A DNA stretch of 54,358 nt from a virus. Lineage: Duplodnaviria; Caudoviricetes. The first letter of the stretch is position 1; each line of letters starts with the position of its first letter. This document shows positions 1 to 10,507 of this stretch, piece after piece. The notes beneath the pieces are model-generated. The model made no database searches. It had not been told where the DNA came from and saw only the letters and a list, made by a program, of their open reading frames with translations. The stretch covers positions 1-54,358 of IMG/VR virus record IMGVR_UViG_3300023174_000214, one strand, 5' to 3'. The translations under genes were made by a program, and so were the position numbers.

Positions 1-38
1 GCGAAAACTAGAACTAGAAAAACAAAAACTCAACAAAT

Positions 39-179
39 ATGAAAAAATTCGTAAGACACATTGAATTTCTATTCGATTATTATGTAGGACACATGCTTAC
101 AAACGGCAATAAATTAGATGTATGGTCAGAGAATATAATAACAAAATACCCAGAAAAATTTAAAAACAAAAATAAATAG
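39..179 (+). CDS. small hypothetical protein (46 aa, below ORF-track cutoff)
   Basis: ATG39..TAG179, MKKFVRHIEFLFDYYVGH..., abuts next gene. Confidence 0.45.
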   Translation: MKKFVRHIEFLFDYYVGHMLTNGNKLDVWSENIITKYPEKFKNKNK

Positions 180-180
180 T

Positions 181-411
181 ATGGAACAACAACAAATGAA
201 GCTAAACATAAGTTTAGATAAAACTACACCAATAGTGTGTGAAAAATGTGACAACTCTACTTTTCAAGAGGGTATAATGATTAGAAAAGCATCTAAGTTT
301 TTAACGGGCACTGCTCAAGACGCTTTAGTACCAATTCCTACTTTCTATTGCACAAAATGCGGTCACACAAATGAAGAATTTCTTCCAGCAGAATTAAAAC
401 AAAACCAATAG
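181..411 (+). CDS. Zn-ribbon protein
   Basis: CEKC and CTKC pairs in 76 aa. Confidence 0.65.
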   Translation: MEQQQMKLNISLDKTTPIVCEKCDNSTFQEGIMIRKASKFLTGTAQDALVPIPTFYCTKCGHTNEEFLPAELKQNQ

Positions 412-415
412 TAAA

Positions 416-673
416 ATGAAAGAAACTCAAGTTATTAGTTATGATTCTTCGAATTCTAGAACAGTTCGTAAAACCGATACTATAGTAGATTCTATAGTTG
501 ATAAATTTATAGATCGAGCTTCATTTGGAAAAACTAAATATGGAAAAACTTTAGATAGACAAGATTTAAGTTTAGAAGATTGGATAAATCACTGTTTAGA
601 AGAACATATGGATGCGATACTCTATTTACAAAAAATTAAATCAGTTATAGGTGGCTCAAAAACAAAACTATGA
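416..673 (+). CDS. conserved phage protein, possibly all-alpha NTP pyrophosphohydrolase-like
   Basis: KYGKTLDR..DWINH..EEHMDAILYL acidic helix motif; function inferred. Confidence 0.4.
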   Translation: MKETQVISYDSSNSRTVRKTDTIVDSIVDKFIDRASFGKTKYGKTLDRQDLSLEDWINHCLEEHMDAILYLQKIKSVIGGSKTKL

Positions 674-1559
674 TATTGATTGGGCAACTCAAAAAGCAAT
701 TAGTTACTCTCAATATTCATTATACAATCAATGCCAACACAGGTGGTATCTTCAATACGTAAAGAAGATAAAAGTATTCGAACCATCTATTTATTTGTGT
801 TTTGGTACTGCATTTCATGAAACTTTACAAGAGTACATTAGAGTTATGTATGCAGAATCGGCAAAATCTGCAGATTCTTTAGATCTTGAAACTTTTCTTA
901 AAGAGAAAATGTTAGAGAGTTATAAAGAAATATACGATAATAATGGCAATGTACACTTTGTAAAACCTGATGATTTCAAAGAATTTATAGAAGATGGAAT
1001 AGTATTATTAAATTGGATTAAGAAAAGAAGAGCCAACTACTTTAATATACGAAATACAAAACTTGTAGGCATTGAAATACCTCTTACTGAATTGATTTCT
1101 CAAGATCGACCTAATCTATTTATGATTGGCGCAATAGACTTGGTTATTTATGAAAAACAAACTGAGTCTTATACAATATATGATATAAAAACATCTACTC
1201 GAGGTTGGAATGACGATGATAAAAGAGATCAAATAAAAATCAATCAGATTCTACTGTACAAACACTTCTATTCTAAAAAACTAAAAGTGCCTATTGATAA
1301 AATAGACGTGAAGTTCTTTATCGTAAAAAGAAAACCATATGAAAATCCAGATTATGCAACGCATAGAGTACAAGAGTTTGTGCCTGCTAATGGAACAAAA
1401 AAGGTGGCAACCGCAGCATCAGAATTTGAAAAATTTGTATTAAGTTGTTATAATCCAAATGGAGATTTAATAGATCGTGCATATGAAAAAAATACTAATT
1501 CGTGCAAATATTGTCCATTCAAAGATAATCTAGAAATGTGTAATAAGTCACAAGAATAA
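651..1559 (+). CDS. PD-(D/E)XK (RecB/Cas4-like) exonuclease
   Basis: ISYSQ..C, FGTAFHE, E..GAIDL..IYDIKTS, Q..LY, C-terminal CKYCPF..C; GTG start. Confidence 0.85.
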   Translation: MAQKQNYDIDWATQKAISYSQYSLYNQCQHRWYLQYVKKIKVFEPSIYLCFGTAFHETLQEYIRVMYAESAKSADSLDLETFLKEKMLESYKEIYDNNGNVHFVKPDDFKEFIEDGIVLLNWIKKRRANYFNIRNTKLVGIEIPLTELISQDRPNLFMIGAIDLVIYEKQTESYTIYDIKTSTRGWNDDDKRDQIKINQILLYKHFYSKKLKVPIDKIDVKFFIVKRKPYENPDYATHRVQEFVPANGTKKVATAASEFEKFVLSCYNPNGDLIDRAYEKNTNSCKYCPFKDNLEMCNKSQE

Positions 1560-1599
1560 AATATTTTTTATTTACAGATATATTACCTATATTTATGTA

Positions 1600-1607
1600 T
1601 ATTTATA
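1600..1607 (+). promoter_or_regulatory. TATTTATA box, putative phage (late-type) promoter element
   Basis: Same intergenic 8-mer at 18430, 23232, 24083, 36393, 47285; 13 nt before ATG at 1621, 18451 and 36414. Confidence 0.45.
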
Positions 1608-1620
1608 TAAAAACATAAAT

Positions 1621-1836
1621 ATGTCCGCAAAAAGAACAATTACATCGGTAAAAATCCCAGACAATCTTTACGAAGATTTTAAAATCATCAACGTAAGAAC
1701 CAAAATGAATCTTCAAGATTTAGTAGAAAGATCTATATTTTTATATCTAACTCAAGATGATTTTAGAAAAATAGTGCATGAACAATATAACACGTACTAT
1801 ACAGGCAGTGAAACATTAAACAAAATAAGAAAATAA
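1621..1836 (+). CDS. ribbon-helix-helix DNA-binding protein
   Basis: ITSVKIPDNLYEDFK..NLQDLVERSIFLYL fits the RHH pattern. Confidence 0.6.
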   Translation: MSAKRTITSVKIPDNLYEDFKIINVRTKMNLQDLVERSIFLYLTQDDFRKIVHEQYNTYYTGSETLNKIRK

Positions 1837-1841
1837 AAAGT

Positions 1842-2441
1842 ATGAAAAATTACACTGTAGATTGGTTTAGCGGAAATATTCCTAATTGGGATGTTATATT
1901 TCAACATTATTCATTTATAGGAAAAGAAAATTTAAAATTTTTAGAAATTGGTTGTTTTGAAGGTAGAGCTACTAATTATCTATTGGAAAATGTATTAATT
2001 CATGAAACAAGTCAAATGCATGTAATAGATACATTTGAAGGATCTAGAGAAGAAGCTGGTATGAATTGGGACGAAAATTATGATTTCAATGCATTATATA
2101 ATACTTTTATAGATAATATTAGCGAATATAAAAATAAAGTAATAGTACATAGAGGATTATCAGGAGATATTCTTAAAAAAGATTTTGAGAAAAATACATT
2201 TGATTTTATATATGTAGATGGATCTCATACTGCATATGATGTTTTACAAGATGCTATATTATGTCACTCTCTTTTAAAATCTGGAGGCATAATGATATTC
2301 GATGATTTTGGATGGAAAGATCCAAATAATCTTCATCCAACCAATAGCCCAGAATTAGGAGTAAATTGTTTTATGGTAACTCATGAAACTCAATATGAAT
2401 GCATAATGAAAGGTTATCAAGTTGGTTTAATAAAAAAATAA
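1842..2441 (+). CDS. class I SAM-dependent methyltransferase (Methyltransf_24-like)
   Basis: FLEIGCFEG, IDTF, FDFIYVDGSH, GGIMIFDDF. Confidence 0.85.
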   Translation: MKNYTVDWFSGNIPNWDVIFQHYSFIGKENLKFLEIGCFEGRATNYLLENVLIHETSQMHVIDTFEGSREEAGMNWDENYDFNALYNTFIDNISEYKNKVIVHRGLSGDILKKDFEKNTFDFIYVDGSHTAYDVLQDAILCHSLLKSGGIMIFDDFGWKDPNNLHPTNSPELGVNCFMVTHETQYECIMKGYQVGLIKK

Positions 2442-2453
2442 TAATAACAATAT

Positions 2454-3917
2454 ATGAATTTTACAGGACCGTTAATGAAGAGTGGATATATTCCACAAAA
2501 AGACAGAAAAAAAGTATTACTTCTGTGTGACGATATTCGTATGACATCTGGCATTTCTACAATGGCTAGAGAAATAGTTGTCGGTACTTCTCACAGATAC
2601 AATTGGGTCAATGTAGGTGGTGCTATAAATCACCCCGAACAAGGCAAAAGATTAGACATTTGCGCAGATACAAACGCGATAAATGGTATAGATGACTCCT
2701 CAGTGTTTATATATCCAATAGCAGGATACGGATCTCCTGAATTGATTAGAACTCTGATCGATGCAGAAAAACCAGACGCTATAATGTTCTTCACTGATCC
2801 GAGATATTGGATCTGGTTATTTCAAATGGAAAACGAAATTAGAAGAAACATTCCAATGGTGTATCTAAACATATGGGATGATTTACCTGCGCCATTATAT
2901 AATAAAGCCTACTACGAATCTTGTGATGCACTTATGGCTATTTCAAAACAAACTGAAAATATTAACAGGATGGTTTTGGGAGAGAAAGCAAATGATAAGA
3001 TAATAAAGTATGTGCCTCACGGAATCAACGAAAAAATGTTTTATCCAATTAATGAGTATATGATTGAGGACACAGAGAAACTCAATCAAAAGCGCAAAGA
3101 GCTATTTGGAGAAGATCAACCAGAATTCGTAGTATTCTATAATGCTAGAAATATCAGACGCAAATCTACGTCGGATTTAGTTGCAGCGTATGCTCAATTT
3201 TGTGATAAGATAGGAAAAGACAAAGCCAAAAAGTGTAGATTACTTTTACACACAGACAAAGCAGATGATAATGGCACAGATTTGCCAGCAGTAATAAATT
3301 TATTGTGTGATCCAGAATATCAAAAAGTTACATTTACACCTGGTAGAACCTCTACATTCGATGTTAATTTGTACTATAATCTATCAGATGTGACTGCGTT
3401 GGTATCTTCTAATGAAGGATGGGGATTGTCTTTAACAGAATCGATGATGTGTGGAAAGATGATTATTGCTACTGTAACAGGTGGAATGCAAGATCAAATG
3501 AGATTTGAGAATGAGAATGGCGAGTGGTTGAATTTTGATGAAAATTTCTGCTCTAATCACTTTGGAACGTATAAAAAACATGGAGATTGGGCAATACCAG
3601 TATTTCCTTCAAATAGCAGTTTAGTCGGATCTATACCTACACCATATATCTGGGACGATAGAGCAGATTTTAGAGATATTGCTTCTGCTATACAACAAGT
3701 CTATGAACTTCCAACAACAGAAAGAGAAAAGCGAGGAATGAATGGAAGAGATTGGGTACAATCAGACGAATCTATGATGAGCGCAAGAAAGATGTGTGAA
3801 AATGTAATAAGCTGCATAGATGAAACTTTCAGTACATTCAAAAAGAGAAAGAAATATGATTTGATAAAAATAGAAAAATTACAAACAAAAAAATTAGTTC
3901 ACCCTCTTACATATTAA
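2454..3917 (+). CDS. GT-B glycosyltransferase (GT4-like)
   Basis: SGISTMAREI, VPHGI, RNIRRK, EGWGLSLTESM (EX7E) motif. Confidence 0.85.
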   Translation: MNFTGPLMKSGYIPQKDRKKVLLLCDDIRMTSGISTMAREIVVGTSHRYNWVNVGGAINHPEQGKRLDICADTNAINGIDDSSVFIYPIAGYGSPELIRTLIDAEKPDAIMFFTDPRYWIWLFQMENEIRRNIPMVYLNIWDDLPAPLYNKAYYESCDALMAISKQTENINRMVLGEKANDKIIKYVPHGINEKMFYPINEYMIEDTEKLNQKRKELFGEDQPEFVVFYNARNIRRKSTSDLVAAYAQFCDKIGKDKAKKCRLLLHTDKADDNGTDLPAVINLLCDPEYQKVTFTPGRTSTFDVNLYYNLSDVTALVSSNEGWGLSLTESMMCGKMIIATVTGGMQDQMRFENENGEWLNFDENFCSNHFGTYKKHGDWAIPVFPSNSSLVGSIPTPYIWDDRADFRDIASAIQQVYELPTTEREKRGMNGRDWVQSDESMMSARKMCENVISCIDETFSTFKKRKKYDLIKIEKLQTKKLVHPLTY

Positions 3918-3918
3918 T

Positions 3919-5229
3919 ATGAATAAACAATATTGCGTAATAAGCGCACCAATAGATACATACAGCGGATACGGAGCAAGATGTAGAGATTTCGTTAAAG
4001 CTCTTTATGAATTAAAAAAAGACGAATGGAGAATTGAAATAATACCTCAAAGATGGGGAGTAACTCCTTGGAATTATATAAAAGATCACGAATCTGAATG
4101 GGGATGGATAAATCCTATGCTAAATAAGCAAGGTCAAATGACACAACAACCAGATGTTTGGATTCAAGTCACAGTGCCAAACGAATTTCAACCCATAGGA
4201 AAATATAATATTGGTGTGACAGCAGGAATAGAAACCACTTTGTGTGATCATAGTTGGATTGATGGATGTAATAGAATGAATGTAATTCTTACTTCATCAG
4301 AGCATGCAAAAAATACATTTAATTTTACTTCGTTCCAAGAAAAAGATCAGACTGGTAGAATAGTGAGAGATGTTAAATTACAAAAACCAGTAGAGATTCT
4401 TTTTGAAGGAGCAGATCTAAACAAGTATTTTTATTTGGATCCTAAAGAAATTAAAAAGACAGATCTAGTTAATAGTTTAGACGAAATTAAAGAAGCTTTT
4501 TGTTATTTGTTTGTAGGACACTGGCTCCAAGGAGAATTTGGAGAAGATAGAAAAAATGTTGGATTAACAATAAAAACATTTTTAGAAACATTTAAAGACA
4601 AGAAAAACAAACCAGCTTTGATACTAAAGTGCTCAGGCGCAGGAGCGAGTATTATGGATAGAGATCAGATGTTAGAGAAAATAGATGCCATACGTAATTC
4701 AGTTGATAGCAAAGACATACCTAATGTTTATTTGCTTCACGGAGAATTAGATGATGAGGATATGAATAATCTGTACAATCATCAAAAGGTCAAGGCTATG
4801 ATAAACCTAACCAAAGGTGAAGGATTCGGTAGACCTCTATTGGAATTCAGCTTAGTAAAAAAACCTATTATTGCTAGCAATTGGTCAGGTCATATAGATT
4901 TTTTATCAAAAGAATTTTGTTGTCTAGTTTCTGGAGAAGTAAAGCAAATCCATCCATCAGCAATAGTTCCAAATATTCTCATACCAGAATCAGGATGGTT
5001 CGCTCCAAATATTGCAGAAGCAAAACACTTTTTAAAAGACGTTTTTGATAATTACGATAAGTACACAGAAAACGCTAAGAGGCAATCATATAGATCTAAA
5101 ACTCAATATTCTTTCGATAAAATGAAAGAACTTCTAAGCGCCAACTTAGAAATTATCCCGAAAAAAGTAGAACTAAAATTACCTACATTAAAGAAAATTG
5201 AATTACCTAAACTTAAAAAAGCAGAATAA
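3919..5229 (+). CDS. GT-B glycosyltransferase (GT4-like)
   Basis: SGYG, DRKNV, GEGFGRPLLEF..PIIASNWSGHIDF. Confidence 0.85.
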   Translation: MNKQYCVISAPIDTYSGYGARCRDFVKALYELKKDEWRIEIIPQRWGVTPWNYIKDHESEWGWINPMLNKQGQMTQQPDVWIQVTVPNEFQPIGKYNIGVTAGIETTLCDHSWIDGCNRMNVILTSSEHAKNTFNFTSFQEKDQTGRIVRDVKLQKPVEILFEGADLNKYFYLDPKEIKKTDLVNSLDEIKEAFCYLFVGHWLQGEFGEDRKNVGLTIKTFLETFKDKKNKPALILKCSGAGASIMDRDQMLEKIDAIRNSVDSKDIPNVYLLHGELDDEDMNNLYNHQKVKAMINLTKGEGFGRPLLEFSLVKKPIIASNWSGHIDFLSKEFCCLVSGEVKQIHPSAIVPNILIPESGWFAPNIAEAKHFLKDVFDNYDKYTENAKRQSYRSKTQYSFDKMKELLSANLEIIPKKVELKLPTLKKIELPKLKKAE

Positions 5230-5492
5230 TGACAGCTAATGAATTTATAATATGGTTAAAAGGATTTGCAGATGCTGCAAACCCGTATAATATAACTCCA
5301 AAACAGTGGGATGATATTTGTAGTCAACTTGCGAAAGTAAAAATAGATAACAATTCTATCGCCGGAACTAGATATAATATAGATAATAATCAAATTTGGG
5401 GAGTAGCTAATACAACTGGTCGTTTAGATGTATCTCATAAAACAGATAACCACGAAACAAAAACACTATTAACTGATAATACAATATTTTAA
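5229..5492 (+). CDS. hypothetical phage protein
   Basis: Translationally coupled ORF starting MTANEFIIWLKGF. Confidence 0.6.
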   Translation: MTANEFIIWLKGFADAANPYNITPKQWDDICSQLAKVKIDNNSIAGTRYNIDNNQIWGVANTTGRLDVSHKTDNHETKTLLTDNTIF

Positions 5493-5495
5493 AAA

Positions 5496-5939
5496 ATGAT
5501 TGATAATTTAACAGATTGTCCGTGCTGCGATCAAAAAGCTTGTTGCTACGAAGTTAGAATAAATGAATCTAAGAAAATGTATTCATGTTATGGATGCGGA
5601 TTTTATAGTTCAGATCTTATGATTGATGGTGAATTTGATTCGGAAGAATTTGAATCAACTATGCCACAATTACATGCTGATATGAAAAGAATAGACTCTC
5701 AAAATAGAGTATGGTATCCACAATCAATTTCTATAGAGCATAAAGGCCATGTATTTGCGAACGGATCTAACAAAGATAATTGGAATTGGAGCGGAATAAA
5801 AACTATTCCTATATTAGAAGAAGAAAAACATTTACCTAGATTTCAAGGAAAAACTCATAAAACAGATTCTAAAAGTTTACAAAACTTTGAAAAAGATTTT
5901 ATTGAAGCATTAGACTACATAAACTTCTTTGAAATATGA
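5496..5939 (+). CDS. Cys-rich (Zn-binding) hypothetical protein
   Basis: CPCC..CC..CYGC; coupled to next gene. Confidence 0.6.
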   Translation: MIDNLTDCPCCDQKACCYEVRINESKKMYSCYGCGFYSSDLMIDGEFDSEEFESTMPQLHADMKRIDSQNRVWYPQSISIEHKGHVFANGSNKDNWNWSGIKTIPILEEEKHLPRFQGKTHKTDSKSLQNFEKDFIEALDYINFFEI

Positions 5940-6556
5940 TATATATCTCCTATGCAATCCCAGTTTGCAATGAACACAAAGAGTTAGATGCATTATTAAC
6001 TATGCTTAAAAATGGTATAACTCCTCAAGACGAAATAGTAGTACAGTGCGATCAAGGAAATACAACACGAGAGGTTTACGAAGTCATAAATAAACATTCT
6101 GACCGTATTAAAGTAATCGAATTTCCTCTTAGAGGTGATTTCGCTTCATTTAAAAATAACCTAAAGAATCACTGTGTTGGAAGTTGGATATTTCAAATAG
6201 ACGCGGATGAACTATTACATGATAGTTTTTTATCTGCTCTTCCTGAAATCTTAAAAGCAAATCCCGAGGTGCATCTTTTTTGTGTACCGAGAATCAATAC
6301 TGTAGATGGACTTACACAAGATCATATTACCAAATGGGGATGGAATGTTAATGAAAAAGGTTGGGTAAATTTCCCTGACGTGCAAACTAGAATAATTCAA
6401 AATTCTCCAAAAATACAATGGGTTGGCAAAGTTCATGAGGTAATATTTGGACATAGATCCCAAGCTGTATTACCAATTGAAGAGGAATATTGTTTACTAC
6501 ACCATAAACATATACAGCGTCAAGAACATCAAAATACATTATATTCAATGATATAA
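5936..6556 (+). CDS. GT2 glycosyltransferase
   Basis: ISYAIPVCNE, WIFQIDADE (DxD), WVGKVHE. Confidence 0.85.
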   Translation: MIYISYAIPVCNEHKELDALLTMLKNGITPQDEIVVQCDQGNTTREVYEVINKHSDRIKVIEFPLRGDFASFKNNLKNHCVGSWIFQIDADELLHDSFLSALPEILKANPEVHLFCVPRINTVDGLTQDHITKWGWNVNEKGWVNFPDVQTRIIQNSPKIQWVGKVHEVIFGHRSQAVLPIEEEYCLLHHKHIQRQEHQNTLYSMI

Positions 6557-6571
6557 ATAAAACACAAAGTT

Positions 6572-7885
6572 ATGCAAGAAATTTTAAAATTAGTTCAAGA
6601 GTTTATAGAAAAAAAACATTCAGAAAAATCTTGGGAAGCTGGTAAAGATTGGGTGCAATATGCTGGCCCTTATTTTGATTCACAAGAATATGTAGCCGCA
6701 GTAAAAACTTTATTAGGAGAATGGTTAGTTTTAGGCGCTGAAGCAATTAAGTTTGAAAGTAAATTCCCTAAATTATTTGGTAAAAAATACGGACTATTAA
6801 CTAATAGTGGATCAAGTGCTAATTTGCTAATGATGTTAGCTATGACATCAAAACGAGGATATAATTTTCCTAAAGGCACTAAAGTAATTACTCCTATAGC
6901 TGGATTTCCTACAACCATCAATCCAATTATTCAATTAGGTTTTACGCCTATATTTGTAGACATAGAATTAGAGACACTTAATTTAGACTTAGATCAAGTG
7001 GAACAAGCTTGTATAGATAATCCAGATGCAAAAATTATTACTTTTGCTCACGTACTAGGTAATCCACCTAATATGAATCGATTAATGGAGATAGTAGAAA
7101 AATACAAATTAATTCTACTAGAAGATTGCTGCGATGCATTAGGATCTACTTATGAAGGCAAACCTCTAGGATCATTTGGAGAAATAGCAAGTTGTTCATT
7201 TTATCCAGCTCATCACATGACTATGGGAGAAGGGGGTTTTGTTGCTATGAATAGTGAAAATTCAGAAAGAATTGTTCGTAGCTTTAGAGAATGGGGTCGA
7301 GGATGCTATTGCGTAGGAAAACAAAATTTACTTGAAAATGGATCGTGTAAATGTAGATTTAATAATTGGTTACCTGCATTGCCAAATGATGTTTTTGATC
7401 ACAAATATGTTTACGAAGAAATAGGCTATAATTTAAAACCAATTGAACTACAAGCTTCGATTGGATTAGTTCAAATGACTAAATTAGAAGAGATAGGAAT
7501 TAAACGTAGAGAAAATTATAAAAACTTATTTGCTGCTTTTAACAAGTATAAAGAGTATTTTCATTTACATGAAGCACAATCTGGCGCAGATGTAGATTGG
7601 TTCGCATTTCCGATTACAGTTAAAGACGACGCTCCATTTAAACGTTCTGACATTTGTCAATTTTTTGAATCGAATAAAATACAAACACGTCCGTATTTCG
7701 CTGGAAATATTATGTTACAACCTGCATATACTCACTTGATGGATTCCAAAGAGGTGATAGAAAAATATCCTGTTGCTAGAAAAGTTACAACAGATACATT
7801 TTTTCTTGGAACATCTCCAGTCATAAACAAAGAAAAAACAGATTACATAGAATCAATACTCGATAAATTTGCAGCATCATTATGA
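6572..7885 (+). CDS. rfbH: NDP-4-keto-6-deoxyglucose 3-dehydrase E1 (RfbH/DdhC; DegT/DnrJ fold)
   Basis: TNSGSSANLL, EDCCDALG, SFYPAHH (His in place of the Schiff-base Lys), Fe-S Cys cluster GCYC..C.CRF, DHKYVY..IGYNLK. Confidence 0.88.
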   Translation: MQEILKLVQEFIEKKHSEKSWEAGKDWVQYAGPYFDSQEYVAAVKTLLGEWLVLGAEAIKFESKFPKLFGKKYGLLTNSGSSANLLMMLAMTSKRGYNFPKGTKVITPIAGFPTTINPIIQLGFTPIFVDIELETLNLDLDQVEQACIDNPDAKIITFAHVLGNPPNMNRLMEIVEKYKLILLEDCCDALGSTYEGKPLGSFGEIASCSFYPAHHMTMGEGGFVAMNSENSERIVRSFREWGRGCYCVGKQNLLENGSCKCRFNNWLPALPNDVFDHKYVYEEIGYNLKPIELQASIGLVQMTKLEEIGIKRRENYKNLFAAFNKYKEYFHLHEAQSGADVDWFAFPITVKDDAPFKRSDICQFFESNKIQTRPYFAGNIMLQPAYTHLMDSKEVIEKYPVARKVTTDTFFLGTSPVINKEKTDYIESILDKFAASL

Positions 7886-8865
7886 GAATAGCTTTTTTAA
7901 CAGAAATGGGATTTTATGGAAAAATTCCAAATGATCATCCAAACATGAGAACTGAATTTGCTTGGATGAATGCATTAAATGCAGATCATCATCCTATTTC
8001 AACATATATAAATGTTCAAGATTATGATCATGTATTTCTTATATTTCCTAAAGGAGAAGTTTATCTGAATGCAATAGGTAGTAAATTGTCAGATAAAATA
8101 AACCCAGTTAGTACACTATTACAATCTAATTTCTATCAATTCCTAAAAGATAAGAATAAAAGATTACATTTTGTTCAAGAAGGCCCGCATTGGTTATATA
8201 ATGATTACGAAATTATAGATCAAATAAACTATTATAATTTAATAAGTGAATGCGATTCTATATTTTGTCACAATCAAGAAGATAGAAAATATTATACGGG
8301 AATATTCCCTGATAAGCCTGTTCATGTTTTGCCTACTCTGATGATAGAAACTCTAATAAAAGATATACAGCCTAGTAAAACAGATCTGGCAATCATTGGA
8401 GGTAATTTTTCTAGATGGTATGGAGGATTCGAAAGTTATACTGTAGCTCAAGAATTTCAAGTGCCTATTTGGGCACAAGATTCACATTCTAAAAGAGAAT
8501 ATGAAGATCAACTAGAAAATATAAATCATTTCCCCAGAATGATATGGAATGAATGGATGCAACAACTTTCAAAGTTTAAATACGCAGTGCATCTAATGCC
8601 AACAGTCGCAGCAGGAACATTTAGTTTAAATTGCGCATATTTTGGAATACCATGCATAGGAAATAAAAAAGTGGATACTCAATCTATGTGCCATCCATTA
8701 CTATCTGTGGATGTAGAAGATATTTCTTCAGCAAGAAGTTTAGCAAAAAGATTGAAAGAGGATGAAGATTTCTATAAGATGTGCAGTAAATTAGCTAAAG
8801 ATCAATATAAATTCCATTACAATAAAGATAATTGGTTATATTATATGAATAAAATATTAAATTGA
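7882..8865 (+). CDS. probable GT-B glycosyltransferase-like protein
   Basis: MRIAFLTE start, AAGTFSLNCAYFGIPCIG C-terminal motif, position in island. Confidence 0.5.
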   Translation: MRIAFLTEMGFYGKIPNDHPNMRTEFAWMNALNADHHPISTYINVQDYDHVFLIFPKGEVYLNAIGSKLSDKINPVSTLLQSNFYQFLKDKNKRLHFVQEGPHWLYNDYEIIDQINYYNLISECDSIFCHNQEDRKYYTGIFPDKPVHVLPTLMIETLIKDIQPSKTDLAIIGGNFSRWYGGFESYTVAQEFQVPIWAQDSHSKREYEDQLENINHFPRMIWNEWMQQLSKFKYAVHLMPTVAAGTFSLNCAYFGIPCIGNKKVDTQSMCHPLLSVDVEDISSARSLAKRLKEDEDFYKMCSKLAKDQYKFHYNKDNWLYYMNKILN

Positions 8866-8869
8866 TACC

Positions 8870-10507
8870 ATGAAACAAAATAAATTTAGAATATTAATAG
8901 CTTCATATAACAATGAAGACTGGGTAGAATATAACATAGCGAGTGTATTAAATCAAACATATGAAAATTATCACGTCACATACATAGATGATTTTTCTCA
9001 AGATAATACATTTGAAAAAGTTAAAGCTTTAGTTGGAAATAGTAGTAAATTCACGCTAATAAAAAACGAAAGTAATTTAGGTGGATCTTATAATCACATT
9101 AGATTCTTTAATTCATTTGATGATGATGATGTTATTGTTCTATTAGACGGAGACGATTGGTTTTTTGATGATCACGTTTTAGAGAATCTTAATAATGCTT
9201 ATAATGAAAAAGATTTGTGGATGACGTACGGAAAATTTTACGTTTACAATGGAACAGAGCATGTTAGCGAGGCAGATCCACAAAATTCCCCATATCCAGA
9301 ATTTATACATAAACATAAACTATATAGAAAGGATATTTGGAGAGCATCTCATTTAAGAACATACAAATCTTTCTTGATTAAAAAAGTAGATCAAGATGAT
9401 TATATTTCAAAAATAAATGGGAAGTTGTTTTGGCATGCAGCAGACTTATCGCTAGCTTTTCCATGTTTAGAGATGTGCCCGCAAGAAAAAATAGGTGTTG
9501 TAGATTTTCCTACATATATATATAATGCTTCTCCAAAATCTCAAGAAAGAACAAAACAAAGAGAAATTTCTGATAATAATAAATACGAAATAGAAATAAG
9601 AAATAAAAAAAGATATAAAGAAGGTCTTTCTGGAGAAAAGCTACCAAATATAAATGTTATAGGGGATTTTAGAGAGAGAAATAGCATAGCAAAAAGTTGT
9701 TCATATGTGTATAATGCACCAGACTATATTGATTACGAAGCTACAATAATTCAAGACATGGATTGCATAAAATACATAAATCGAGAATTCAATATAACCA
9801 AAGGTAAAATTATAGCCGATATTCATGAACCTCCTCATCTTTTTGAGCAGAAACAAGTATATGATAAAGTTTATGAAAATGCTCATATGTTCGATTTAAT
9901 ACTCACATATGATAATAAATTATTACAACTTTCTAATGCTAAATTTAGAAACGGAGGGGGAGAATGCGTTCTCAATAAAAATGTTCATTCTTTAGAATAT
10001 CCGAATATAGCAAATGAAAATTTATATAATATATATGCCAAAAAAGATTTGATCTCTATAATAACGTCCAATAAAACATTTACAGAAGGTCATAGATTTA
10101 GAGTTAAATGCGTTAATCATTTAATCGCTCAAAATAGTAAAATAGATTTATTTGGAGTAGGATATAAAGAAATTAAGGGTAAAATAAATGCATTGGCTAG
10201 TTACTGCTTTTCAGTAGCTATGGAAAACGGAATACATAAAAATTATTTTACAGAAAAAATACTTGACTGTTTTTTAACTGGCACAATACCCGTTTATAAG
10301 GGATGTGAAAATATATCTGAATTCTTTGACGAAAACGGTATAATAATTTTTGAAGACGAAAAAGATTTACAACAAATAATAGATTCATTATCTATAGATT
10401 TATACTATTCTAAGCTAGAGTATGTTAAAAAGAATTATGAACTCGCGCTAAAGTACAAGTATAATAACGAAGATTATTTTAATAAATACATAAAAGACAT
10501 CATTTAA
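8870..10507 (+). CDS. bifunctional GT2 + GT10 (alpha-1,3-fucosyltransferase-like) glycosyltransferase
   Basis: N-terminal IASYN..DDFSQD..LLDGDD; C-terminal FSVAMEN..YFTEKILDCFLTGTIPVYKG. Confidence 0.8.
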   Translation: MKQNKFRILIASYNNEDWVEYNIASVLNQTYENYHVTYIDDFSQDNTFEKVKALVGNSSKFTLIKNESNLGGSYNHIRFFNSFDDDDVIVLLDGDDWFFDDHVLENLNNAYNEKDLWMTYGKFYVYNGTEHVSEADPQNSPYPEFIHKHKLYRKDIWRASHLRTYKSFLIKKVDQDDYISKINGKLFWHAADLSLAFPCLEMCPQEKIGVVDFPTYIYNASPKSQERTKQREISDNNKYEIEIRNKKRYKEGLSGEKLPNINVIGDFRERNSIAKSCSYVYNAPDYIDYEATIIQDMDCIKYINREFNITKGKIIADIHEPPHLFEQKQVYDKVYENAHMFDLILTYDNKLLQLSNAKFRNGGGECVLNKNVHSLEYPNIANENLYNIYAKKDLISIITSNKTFTEGHRFRVKCVNHLIAQNSKIDLFGVGYKEIKGKINALASYCFSVAMENGIHKNYFTEKILDCFLTGTIPVYKGCENISEFFDENGIIIFEDEKDLQQIIDSLSIDLYYSKLEYVKKNYELALKYKYNNEDYFNKYIKDII